IMG/VR virus record: IMGVR_UViG_3300008255_000229
Span: 1 to 40,095 of that record
Strand: one strand, 5' to 3'
Source of the DNA: a virus
Taxonomy: Duplodnaviria > Caudoviricetes
DNA length: 40,095 nt
Of the stretch, positions 26,629-34,961 are shown piece by piece. Under the pieces are notes generated by a model, which saw only the letters and a program-made list of their open reading frames with translations, was not told the origin of the DNA and ran no database searches. Both the position numbers and the translations under genes were made by a program. Position 1 is the stretch's first letter; each line of letters begins with the position of its first letter.

Positions 26629-28173
26629 CTATGCCCTTTTGCGCCATCTATGCGGGCGGTAGAAACTGTTCGCTCGCGTCGGCATCGGACCGGATCGCCG
26701 GGATTCCGGCCTCATCGTGTTCAACATCCGGCCAAACAGGCTCAACACATCAACTTGGTCATCGTGCTTGCCGTTGGGAAAAGATAGCAATTCCGCGACC
26801 AAATCCTTAACCCACGGCGCATTTCTGGGAAAGTATACCTTGCCTTGACCCATCCGTCCACGGATCGATTGCGCGCGTTGCGCCTTGTCGCCAACCGTCG
26901 GCAGGCTTTCGCGCATGACGTAGACGCCCATTTCCTTGCCGCGCTTTTGAATGAACGGCCCAAGCGTCTTTTCAACTTGGGCTTTATCCTCGCCCCAACG
27001 GACCGGAGACCACTGCTTGGCCATATCGGCCCAGGCGTCCACCGCCTTGTCGCTATCGACCTGAGCCCGCCACCAATCCATGATGTAAAGATTGCTGTCG
27101 GGGTCGATGCCGCCGATGCCGTGAACAGTGTAATCTCCTCTGCCGTGGCTCACCGCGTAGTCGCTGGCGCCATAGAATCGCAGAGTATCGATATTCGGGC
27201 TTGTGTCGTACCACCTGAACATATCGTCCGTGAAGTAATCGCCGCCCTCCGGTGCCGGGCGCTGCTGGTACAGCGCGGACCAACTACGCGCGTCCTGGGA
27301 CCGCTTCTCTTGTTCCCAATGCTCGACCGGAAACCAATCCGTCCAAAGCCATTCGCCGGGTTCACGGCCCAGAGGATCATCCTGATGCTCTGCCTGAGCC
27401 GGGATATTGATGATATACCAGTTCTCGCCGTCTACCGCCTCAACCCAGCCCGAGCGGCCGTCATAATCAGGCGGCAGAATGCGGCCAGCCAAATCGTCCT
27501 CATGCCAGCGAGTTATGATAATCGTTATGAACCCGTGCGGCTTCAATCGAGTGCGGATGGAATCCTTGTATTCAGCCCACACCTTATCCCGGATCGTCTC
27601 GCTATCCGCGGCCTCGCGGCCCTTCACCGGATCGTCGATGATAACCCCATCGCCACGGTTGCCCGTCACGCCGGACATGAACCCCGCCGCCATGTAGGTG
27701 GAACCGTTGGTTAGCGACCAATCGTCCACCGCCGCGTTGTCCCCGACCAGCCGGCAGCCCATGACCTGAGCGTATTCTGGGCTACGCACAATCTGCCTGC
27801 ACCGCCTGCCGAACTTCCGCGCTAGATCGACGCCATACGACACGGCGATGATGTTAGCCCCAGGATTCCTGCCCATAAACCACGTCGGAAATATCACGCT
27901 GGCGTAAGAGCTTTTGGCACTACCCGGAGGACAGAAGATCATAAGCCGCTTGATCTTGCCCGAGGCAACATCTTCAAGCCTGGCGTTAATCAGCTTGTGG
28001 TGCTCAGCCGGAATCACCCGCTCTGGATAGAATTCCTCGCCTTCCTCGGAAATCGGGATTCCAGGAACCTCGATATAACCGCAGTACGCGTTCAGGCTAT
28101 CCCGCGCGTTCAATTGCAGCTTGCGTTCACGCAGCGCGAGCAGTTCAGCCTTTTCCGCCGCCGTCAGTCCCAA
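26629..28173 (-). CDS. terL: Terminase large subunit
   Basis: Walker A PPGSAKS, Walker B IIDDP, TRWHEDDL.G, ALYQQRP and nuclease FP.GKHDDQVD motifs. Confidence 0.95.
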   Translation of the reverse strand: MGLTAAEKAELLALRERKLQLNARDSLNAYCGYIEVPGIPISEEGEEFYPERVIPAEHHKLINARLEDVASGKIKRLMIFCPPGSAKSSYASVIFPTWFMGRNPGANIIAVSYGVDLARKFGRRCRQIVRSPEYAQVMGCRLVGDNAAVDDWSLTNGSTYMAAGFMSGVTGNRGDGVIIDDPVKGREAADSETIRDKVWAEYKDSIRTRLKPHGFITIIITRWHEDDLAGRILPPDYDGRSGWVEAVDGENWYIINIPAQAEHQDDPLGREPGEWLWTDWFPVEHWEQEKRSQDARSWSALYQQRPAPEGGDYFTDDMFRWYDTSPNIDTLRFYGASDYAVSHGRGDYTVHGIGGIDPDSNLYIMDWWRAQVDSDKAVDAWADMAKQWSPVRWGEDKAQVEKTLGPFIQKRGKEMGVYVMRESLPTVGDKAQRAQSIRGRMGQGKVYFPRNAPWVKDLVAELLSFPNGKHDDQVDVLSLFGRMLNTMRPESRRSGPMPTRANSFYRPHRWRKRA

Positions 28174-28630
28174 GCTTACCCTCCAATTCCGCCAAGCGCC
28201 GGTTCACTTCATCAGCCGACATATCCGCATACCGGACAGGCCCACCACCCTTGCCCGTCATCTCGACCTCTTGTCTGTCAGACCAGCCCATGTTCTTGAG
28301 AGCGAAGATAGCGCCCGTTGGGTTTGAGCCGTGAAGCCGCTGTTCGTAAGCATCCGCGATGATGCCGCGCAGTTTTTTTACGGGTTCACTAAAGCCCTGC
28401 CTCTTATCGTATTCACCTAATGTTGCCCGGCTGTAGATACCCATGTAGTTGAGTGCGCCCGTTAGAGTGAGCGGGATTTTCTCATTCTCGCGCTTCGTTA
28501 CATACTCACCTATCATGCGCTCCATGTCTTCCGGGCTTTCGATCTTACGTGGCCGGCCACGCGCGCGCTTTTCCTGCACTGCGGCTACAGGCTTGGCGGG
28601 CTTGTCCTTATTGGATTGTTTACGTGGCAT
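28145..28630 (-). CDS. terS: Terminase small subunit (P22 gp3-like)
   Basis: GRPRK, P.T.TG...Y.G and GAIFALKN.GW.DR.EVE motifs; directly upstream of TerL. Confidence 0.85.
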   Translation of the reverse strand: MPRKQSNKDKPAKPVAAVQEKRARGRPRKIESPEDMERMIGEYVTKRENEKIPLTLTGALNYMGIYSRATLGEYDKRQGFSEPVKKLRGIIADAYEQRLHGSNPTGAIFALKNMGWSDRQEVEMTGKGGGPVRYADMSADEVNRRLAELEGKLGTDGGGKG

Positions 28631-28650
28631 GATGCACCTGGAAAAAGATG

Positions 28651-28679
28651 TTGCGCCTAAAACTATTTTAGGCTATGTT
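28651..28679 (+). promoter_or_regulatory. Promoter with an operator palindrome in its spacer
   Basis: TTGCGC-17 bp-TATGTT; GCCTAAAA-CTA-TTTTAGGC at 28655-28673. Confidence 0.55.
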
Positions 28680-28723
28680 GCAGTTATCCTGAATTGTCAG
28701 GATGGATAACGGAGGAATACGAA

Positions 28724-28990
28724 ATGATACCCGCATACACACTGACGCTGATCTACTCAAACGGATGCCCCGCCGGGCCGAACCACACGAAAATCAAAAC
28801 CGAAGATGGCGACTGGCGCATGATCGACCATGCCGCAAACGGTTCGGTGCGCTACTATCGCAAAGCGGCTGATGCCGCGAACGAGGGCCGCGACCATATG
28901 AACCACGCGACCGCGCCGGCCTCGGGGTTCGAGGTTCGCCGCACCACGTTGCCGCAAGGCGCCGTCTTTTCGAACTACTTTTCGGCCTAA
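28724..28990 (+). CDS. Hypothetical protein of an antisense moron-like cassette
   Basis: GGAGG RBS before ATG at 28724; lies within ORF 28694-28990. Confidence 0.55.
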   Translation: MIPAYTLTLIYSNGCPAGPNHTKIKTEDGDWRMIDHAANGSVRYYRKAADAANEGRDHMNHATAPASGFEVRRTTLPQGAVFSNYFSA

Positions 28991-29136
28991 GGCCATGTCC
29001 ACCACATCAAAACGGAGGGTTATGAAATGACGACCGACACGAAACACTCAACCGGCGGCCTCGTCTACGCGAACAATGGCGGCTGGTCGGCATCCAACGG
29101 CGTGCTGCGGCTCAATAGCTTGAAAGGGATTAACCG

Positions 29137-29313
29137 ATGACACCCGACCAATTAGCCGCGCTCGGAACCAAAATCCACGGCCCGAAGTGGAAAACCGCGC
29201 TTGCCCGTGACCTCAGCCTTACCTACCAAACGATTAGGAATTATTGCGCCGGGAAACAGGCGATACCAAAGACAGTCAAATATGCGGTTAAGTGGCTGGC
29301 GCGCAAGCGGTAA
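29137..29313 (+). CDS. Small HTH DNA-binding protein, 58 aa (not in ORF track)
   Basis: MTPDQLAALG...GPKWKTALARDLSLTYQTIRNYCAGKQAIP is an XRE/Cro-like HTH; AAAGGG RBS. Confidence 0.7.
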   Translation: MTPDQLAALGTKIHGPKWKTALARDLSLTYQTIRNYCAGKQAIPKTVKYAVKWLARKR

Positions 29314-29373
29314 GGCGCGCGCCGCATGTCCGTGTGCATCGTTCGGCACGACGGATTGCGAATGACTTCCTAG

Positions 29374-29402
29374 AATATGCCACCGCATAGGCGGAAAGTC
29401 AA
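29374..29402 (-). promoter_or_regulatory. Candidate late-operon promoter pointing toward terS
   Basis: TTGACT-17 bp-CATATT on the minus strand. Confidence 0.4.
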
Positions 29403-29417
29403 CGCGGGAGGACAGCC

Positions 29418-29438
29418 GGTAGTGTCTCAGTTTGAAAT
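29418..29438. mobile_element. IS terminal inverted repeat of a second transposase-less cargo element
   Basis: GGTAGTGTCTCAGTTTGAAAT is the exact reverse complement of 1678-1698 and is followed by the same paralogous small gene. Confidence 0.75.
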
Positions 29439-29510
29439 CTGGCCGGGTTGACTTCCGATTCAGACGAACGCACTTCCATGCTATGCTTACCGCAAAGCAA
29501 TGGAGGTTCC

Positions 29511-29747
29511 ATGCCCAAAGGCCCCAAAGGTGAGAAGCGCCCCGCCGACGTGATCGGCGCTGCCGTCATGGTCGCCAAGATTGCGACGGGGGAGATTGAG
29601 GACTCGCCGCCAGCCGACGACGGCAAGAACAAGGCCGCGCAGGAGTTGGGGCGGCTTGGCGGGAAGGCGCGGGCAAACAAGCTGACCAAGGAACAGCGAG
29701 CGGATATTGCTAAGAAGGCGGCGGCAAAGCGGTGGGGCAATTCTTAG
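29511..29747 (+). CDS. Small basic IS-associated protein (MPKGPKGEKRPADVIG family)
   Basis: GGAGG RBS; paralog of 1366-1596. Confidence 0.8.
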   Translation: MPKGPKGEKRPADVIGAAVMVAKIATGEIEDSPPADDGKNKAAQELGRLGGKARANKLTKEQRADIAKKAAAKRWGNS

Positions 29748-30709
29748 AGGCCGCCCTCATCATTGAAGTCGAGCGGCATTGTCTCACCGTAACGCGGATG
29801 AAGCCTATCCAGCTTCGAGATGAAGTCATCGTAATCGTTGCTAAGCTTCATAGCGGTAACGACGGACGCTAAGTGTTCTCGTAATTTTGGGTGGCCTAGG
29901 TCTGGGGTAAGTCGTCGGTGAAGATGGTGCTTGTTTCGACCGCCAGGAGCCTTCGGCGTGGACCTCTTCAACTCTTCCAGAACACCGGGCGCGAGCCTTC
30001 TGTAGATGATGTCATTTGTCAGGTGCCCAAAGTATTGCGGACGCTTTACGGTGTCGCGCGGATAGTCCAAGCCCCGTAGCCGGAAAAGTTCGGCATAGAA
30101 GTCGTCGGGGAATGTTGGCACCCAAGGCTGCAAGTCCTTGGCGATGAATCTCTCTAGGATTTTTGCTAAAGCGTCGGCGGCGCGATCACGTTGATAGCCG
30201 GTTGCTTCGTCAACCAAAGCAATGATGCCGACGTTCGCTAGACCGCGAACGAGGATGTCAGCCTGCCGGGCCACATGCATCTGCGAAGACGCCAGCGCCC
30301 CAGCATCTCGTGCCTTTAGGTAGACTTCGCACACCTGCGGCAACATTTCAGCTTGGTATCCGAAGGCACGCTGACCGGATGGAAGGCGAAATTCGATTTG
30401 GCTGGACGTCACATATAAATCACTGGGAATAAAGGGTTTTAAGTTCTTTGCAGTCAGAAACGCAGGCAAGTTGACGTCGGCATCATAGTGAGTGCGGCCC
30501 TTTGCCTGCCTAGCGCGCCCAAGCGCTCGCATCATATCGCTTTGTGTGAGAATACGGCGACCATCTTCGAGTACGGCACAGGAAAGCGAGGCATCCCCAA
30601 TATTAATCTCGCCAGTGTAATCAGCCGCCGGCAGGTCTTTGGTCCACCTACTCTCAGCCGCCAACTTCGCAATTTCGGATCGGCGCTTAGGAGAGAGGTT
30701 TGCGGCCAG
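29744..30709 (-). CDS. P63C domain protein, native N-terminus probably lost
   Basis: CAVLEDGRR.L, LA.VGIIALVDEATGYQ.DR, L.PW..TFP..FY and HPKL.EHL motifs; 5' end joined to a foreign 22-bp piece. Confidence 0.85.
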   Translation of the reverse strand: MAANLSPKRRSEIAKLAAESRWTKDLPAADYTGEINIGDASLSCAVLEDGRRILTQSDMMRALGRARQAKGRTHYDADVNLPAFLTAKNLKPFIPSDLYVTSSQIEFRLPSGQRAFGYQAEMLPQVCEVYLKARDAGALASSQMHVARQADILVRGLANVGIIALVDEATGYQRDRAADALAKILERFIAKDLQPWVPTFPDDFYAELFRLRGLDYPRDTVKRPQYFGHLTNDIIYRRLAPGVLEELKRSTPKAPGGRNKHHLHRRLTPDLGHPKLREHLASVVTAMKLSNDYDDFISKLDRLHPRYGETMPLDFNDEGGL

Positions 30710-30824
30710 GGCCAGCATTGATGAGATCAACGCTATCTAGCCAGCACGACGAGAAAACCGCAAAGGTTCTTGTTTCGTGCTATAATCTCCATAAATTACA
30801 GTAAGAATCGATCATATTGGGATC

Positions 30825-31289
30825 ATGAGTATGACTGTATCCGCAATCGCTGCCGCTAAAAGAATGTGCCAGCGTTCCGGGTGGTCTCTATCAAACCTGG
30901 AACTGCAAAAAATCATTTATATTGCCCACATGTTCCATTTGGGCAAGACGGGAGAACCTTTGGTTTCCGGTCAATTTGAGGCGTGGGATTACGGTCCCGT
31001 TCATCCGACCATTTATCACAAAGTGAAGGTCTTTGGGGCGTCCCCGGTCGAAAATGTTTTCCATTCAGTGGTTGATTTGCCAGATGAGTCGCCGGAGGCG
31101 TCAACGATTGACGCGGCGGTTGATCAATTGGGGGACTCAAAACCGGGCAGGCTCGTAGCGATCACCCATTGGGAAGGTGGTGCCTGGACGAAACACTACA
31201 CCCCTGGAGAGCGGTGCATAGCGATTCCTAACGAGGACATCCTACAAGAATATACGGATCGCTATAATGCCGCCAAAGCCAAAAACTGA
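30825..31289 (+). CDS. Panacea/SocA-like (DUF4065) antitoxin
   Basis: SNL.LQK..Y.A, F.AW.YGPV and L...TH...W motifs; extended -10 TGCTATAAT at 30778-30786. Confidence 0.88.
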   Translation: MSMTVSAIAAAKRMCQRSGWSLSNLELQKIIYIAHMFHLGKTGEPLVSGQFEAWDYGPVHPTIYHKVKVFGASPVENVFHSVVDLPDESPEASTIDAAVDQLGDSKPGRLVAITHWEGGAWTKHYTPGERCIAIPNEDILQEYTDRYNAAKAKN

Positions 31290-31599
31290 GGTCGATAGCA
31301 GGCTTCTTCCCGAGGAGCCGACAAAGCGCGACCAACAAGTAGAAGAACTTCAAGAAGCCCTGGCCTATGAGCGGGATGCGCGGCTTGAAGATCGCTTTGT
31401 ATTTATCGTCGTCGTCGTTTTGCTTTTCGATGTTGTGTTCTTCACCCTCATGCCGTCGTTTGGTGGTCCGCTCGCTATTCTAATCCTTGAGTTGTTGATC
31501 CTATTTCCCCTAGCGCGTCGAATGGGTATGGAGGAAGTAGCAAGAATTATGAGTCGCGTTCTGGATAGAGTGGCGGGCAATATGAGGGCCGATGATTAA
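31267..31599 (+). CDS. Two-TM membrane protein, candidate cognate toxin
   Basis: Overlaps the Panacea stop; two hydrophobic helices. Confidence 0.65.
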   Translation: MPPKPKTEVDSRLLPEEPTKRDQQVEELQEALAYERDARLEDRFVFIVVVVLLFDVVFFTLMPSFGGPLAILILELLILFPLARRMGMEEVARIMSRVLDRVAGNMRADD

Positions 31600-31618
31600 T
31601 CGCTCCTTGTTGTTCAGG

Positions 31619-31957
31619 CTACGGAATCTTTTTCTGCCCGTCATACATGCTGGCGATCTGGGATGCTTCCCGTGTTCCGCCTGTTAGTACGTTGGCTTTT
31701 TTCAGGATATAGGGCGGAAATTTGGTGGGCAGGTAGTGGTGACGGAACCACTGCCGGAATAGCGGCAACGCATCATCGGGATATGCCCATGACGGCTGCG
31801 GGTTACTGTCGGCTTGCGGATAGTAGGTTGGGTAGTAGTGCGCCCACTTGATGCGGTCACCATACTTCCCTCCAAGCTTGTTCTCTTCCCAGTATTTACC
31901 CCAATGGATGCCCACACTGATGTCTGGGATCGTCTTGTCGTTGACGGTGAGGCCAGC
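31619..31957 (-). pseudogene. bstA: BstA-like protein, C-terminal part
   Basis: AGLTVNDKTIPDISVG.HW.KYW, H.YP.YYPQ..SNPQ..WAYP..AL..FR.W and YL..KFP.Y motifs; no start codon of its own. Confidence 0.8.
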
Positions 31958-32157
31958 TTGATCTTATGGCAATCAGGGCATAGGGCCTGTAGATTGTCCT
32001 CTGCGTCGGCTCCAAAGGCCCACAGCGGGGTTTGATGGTCCCAGGCCATCCCAGGCACCGGCAATCTGATATGGCACCCCACGGCCCCGCATTCGCGCCC
32101 CTGGCGTTCCAGGATCGACGCATAGACGGAAGGCGGGAAGCGGCGGCGGGAAATCAT
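31958..32157 (-). pseudogene. HNH endonuclease truncated at its C-terminus
   Basis: C....C, DH..PL..GAD..DNLQALC..CH..K; then fuses out of frame into the bstA fragment. Confidence 0.75.
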
Positions 32158-32657
32158 TAGTCAATGGCCTTGGCGTCTTCAAAATTAACGATGCGGCGGC
32201 GTGTGCCTCCGGCCATGTCTTTCTCGCCATCAATGGCGACAAGGAATTGCGCCGCACCGTATTCATTGATTCCGGTGATCACTCCCGTATCTCCCTTGAC
32301 ATTGACGCGGGTTCCAACTTCCATGGGCGGCTGGATGTTGTTTTCTGCGGCCCATTCCTTCTGGGCGTGCTCGACCAACAGATGCAGATCGTAATGGTAT
32401 CTGTCGAGGTATTCGAGCATATCCATGGAGCAGTCCCAGCTATACCGGTCATCCAGTTCCTTTGCGATCTCGTAGCCGTCCCGCCACAGACCGCCCACGT
32501 TCATCAGTTCACGGACGGCACCATCTCTATCCTCCGCATTCAGGTAGCCGCTCTTGATTAAGGCGTCGACCACCTTTACGGCAGCCCGATCCTTCATTTC
32601 GTCGGTCGGACGCTTAGGGCGATCTTCCGCCTTAATGGCCACGCTATTGAGGTCCAT
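32157..32657 (-). CDS. Phage hypothetical protein
   Basis: DGYE.AK.LD....W and W...N.I.PP...G.RV motifs; AGGA RBS. Confidence 0.7.
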   Translation of the reverse strand: MDLNSVAIKAEDRPKRPTDEMKDRAAVKVVDALIKSGYLNAEDRDGAVRELMNVGGLWRDGYEIAKELDDRYSWDCSMDMLEYLDRYHYDLHLLVEHAQKEWAAENNIQPPMEVGTRVNVKGDTGVITGINEYGAAQFLVAIDGEKDMAGGTRRRIVNFEDAKAID

Positions 32658-32688
32658 TGTCTTTCCTTTCTTGTGTTTGGTTAAAGAC

Positions 32689-33012
32689 TTAAATCAGCAA
32701 GTCCTTGATTTGTGGCATCAGGTCTTTTGGTTGGCGGGCGTTCAGACGCTCGAGCGCCCCACATTCATACCCGAGCCTGCGCGCGTCGTCCATGCGATGC
32801 TCAAAAACCTTGACCACTTCCGACCTTGTGGCCTCCGGGAATGTGGCCAGCACGGCCTTGATGGATTGTAGCGCCACCTTGGTTAACTGGTCAGCGTGTT
32901 CCTTGTCCCGCTTTTTCAGGATACCGCGTAGGGACGCGCCAACGGCCCCGAGAACTTCGCCGTCAATAGACCGTTCAAGTTCGGCTACTCTTTCCTCAAT
33001 CTTCGATGCCAT
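32689..33012 (-). CDS. Hypothetical protein
   Basis: 107 aa, helical; co-oriented in the operon. Confidence 0.55.
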   Translation of the reverse strand: MASKIEERVAELERSIDGEVLGAVGASLRGILKKRDKEHADQLTKVALQSIKAVLATFPEATRSEVVKVFEHRMDDARRLGYECGALERLNARQPKDLMPQIKDLLI

Positions 33013-33020
33013 GGCGATGT

Positions 33021-33467
33021 CTAGTCCCTCGTGTCGGGGGTTAAGGCGCGGCCAGCCGCATTGACGCTTCCCCGGAAATCAATATCCGGAATGATCGCTT
33101 GTGGCTTGAACGTCACGCGGTAGTGGTAGACGTTGACAGGGGAGTCCCCAAGCTGTTCCACGAAATACGGAGAGTTGTCCGACCACCCGAGAAAATGCCG
33201 CTTGTATGTGTCTGGTCCGGTTTTGCACGTAACCGACAGCCGCGCCGAGCCTGGATTGACTGAACACCGCCCGACGACTTCCAACATATACGTATCTCGG
33301 ATGGCGTTATAAAATACGACACGCCTGACAATCTCGAAATTATCAGCCGCCTTTTGGAGATTCTTGTCAGCAATATCAACGTCATCACACGCCGAAACAG
33401 ATGCGACAAGCAGGCCAATGGCAAAAAAACTTTTCATTCCTTCGCTTCCTTTCTTGTGTTTGGTCAA
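33021..33467 (-). CDS. Conserved phage lipoprotein
   Basis: Lipobox SVSAC; NL..AADNFE..RRVVFYN and YFVEQL......YHY.V.FKP motifs. Confidence 0.75.
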   Translation of the reverse strand: MTKHKKGSEGMKSFFAIGLLVASVSACDDVDIADKNLQKAADNFEIVRRVVFYNAIRDTYMLEVVGRCSVNPGSARLSVTCKTGPDTYKRHFLGWSDNSPYFVEQLGDSPVNVYHYRVTFKPQAIIPDIDFRGSVNAAGRALTPDTRD

Positions 33468-33910
33468 AATGGGATTTCGTCGTCAAGGTCTTGTGCGCCC
33501 CATTTCCCATCTTCCGGCGGGCGACCTTGTTCCGGTTCAGGTTCCGCCGCTTCCCGCTTCGCCGGGCTATCCAACATGGTCAGAACACCGCCGAACTTGG
33601 GCAACACCACCTCGGTTGTGTATTTCTCGACGCCATCTTTGTCGGTGTATTTTCGGGTTTGCAGCGCCCCATCAAGGTAGACGTTCGAGCCTTTCTTGAG
33701 GTACTTTTCCGCCACGTCTGCTAGCCGGTCATCGAAGATCGAAACGCGGTGCCATTCGGTCTTTTCCTTCCGCTCGCCCGTGGATTTATCCTTCCACGTC
33801 TCCGATGTGGCAACGGAAAGGTTGGCGATCTTCTGTCCCGATTGGGAGAAACGAATTTCTGGATCGCGGCCAAGGCGGCCAATCAGTATGACTTTATTGA
33901 CACTGCCCAT
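33464..33910 (-). CDS. ssb: Single-stranded DNA-binding protein
   Basis: SVNKVILIG.LG.DPE, ATSE.WKDK.TGE.KE.TEWH and C-terminal DLDDEIPF. Confidence 0.97.
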   Translation of the reverse strand: MGSVNKVILIGRLGRDPEIRFSQSGQKIANLSVATSETWKDKSTGERKEKTEWHRVSIFDDRLADVAEKYLKKGSNVYLDGALQTRKYTDKDGVEKYTTEVVLPKFGGVLTMLDSPAKREAAEPEPEQGRPPEDGKWGAQDLDDEIPF

Positions 33911-33912
33911 TG

Positions 33913-34572
33913 CTATTCTGACTCCTTCCTAAAATCCAGCACCGGGCTTTGGGAAAACCGGCGCAATTCGGCCAGCATCTTATCCCGGCTTTCAATAAGT
34001 TTCGGGATTTCCGGTTTCAGGATGTTGACGTATTCTTCATCGACGTAATCGCGGACAACGACCGGCGGCAGCTTGTTATGGAATAGCAAGAGGTCGATCC
34101 ATTCCCTCTCACAAATCATAAGGATGCCTTGCGTTTGCGCCTTGAAGTCCGGGGGAAAGTCGCCACTGGCCAGAGAAAGCAGGGCGCCCGTATGGTTCGT
34201 GGATTTGAGGCATTTGATTTCGAGCGCCCCGTTATCGCCTATCAGGCCATCCGGCGAGCAGCCGATTGTAGCGCCGTCATCCGTGACAAACCCGACCCGC
34301 GTAACCGTGACGTCGAAGGAAAATTCATACCACGAAATCGCGTGTTCTTCCATCATTTCCCCGCGTTCCGTCCAGTAATTCCCGGAAAACCCATCGGGGG
34401 AAACGTCGCCCATGAATTTCTCATTCGCCAGTTGGGCCGCATAGGTCTTGGCGGACGCGGACGGCTTCAACGTCTTTGGCGCCAGAAGGTTGCAGAATTC
34501 CGACGCGGTTGGCATCCCGGCGCGAAGGGCATACCATTCGGGCGTCCGCTGGTCTACGTCATGGACGATCAT
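33913..34572 (-). CDS. YqaJ / lambda-exonuclease family protein
   Basis: Q.TPEW...R.G..TAS, G...E, CSPDGL and LEIKC motifs. Confidence 0.92.
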   Translation of the reverse strand: MIVHDVDQRTPEWYALRAGMPTASEFCNLLAPKTLKPSASAKTYAAQLANEKFMGDVSPDGFSGNYWTERGEMMEEHAISWYEFSFDVTVTRVGFVTDDGATIGCSPDGLIGDNGALEIKCLKSTNHTGALLSLASGDFPPDFKAQTQGILMICEREWIDLLLFHNKLPPVVVRDYVDEEYVNILKPEIPKLIESRDKMLAELRRFSQSPVLDFRKESE

Positions 34573-34961
34573 TGCGGTTCCTTTTCATTCAAAGCAAGGC
34601 TTGCCAGCCTCTCACGGCCCGCGCGAAAAACTTCTGCTCCAATTATCCCGGACTTAATGAATTTTCGGCGTTCGGCGCGGGTATATATTTCAACCATGCG
34701 GGAGTAAAATCGGCGGCAATCAAACTCCCGGCAAATCGCAGGCGCTCGCCCGTGGATAGTGCATCCGCCGTCTCCGAGATAAATGCACCCGCCTCCTGGC
34801 TTGTGTTTTAACGCAAGGCAAGGTGCCCCGGTTACAGGGTTAATGGCCTCCATGGTTTCGTAGCTTGCCGGGTCATCGCCCATTTCCGGATGCAAAACAA
34901 GCAAGTCGTTCTGGCAACAAGCCGTGCATCCATTGCAGGGAACGGAATTGCTGGCAATCAT
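34569..34961 (-). CDS. YkgJ/CxxCxxCC cysteine-cluster protein
   Basis: CNGCTACC, C.YL...GC.IH...P..CR.F.C; start 34961 (ATGA overlap). Confidence 0.85.
   Translation of the reverse strand: MIASNSVPCNGCTACCQNDLLVLHPEMGDDPASYETMEAINPVTGAPCLALKHKPGGGCIYLGDGGCTIHGRAPAICREFDCRRFYSRMVEIYTRAERRKFIKSGIIGAEVFRAGRERLASLALNEKEPQ

Noticed and set aside
29027-29140. Short ORF GGLVYANNGGWSASNG..RL resembling a DGR variable or template repeat
   Set aside because: No reverse transcriptase, no second copy differing at adenines, and not AAC-rich.
1698-29418. Composite transposon mobilising the virion operon
   Set aside because: The IS ends face away from the structural genes, and no transposase or target duplication is present.
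31702-32157. Intact 151-aa HNH protein as listed in the ORF track
   Set aside because: Residues after CHKIK are an out-of-frame read of the bstA fragment.
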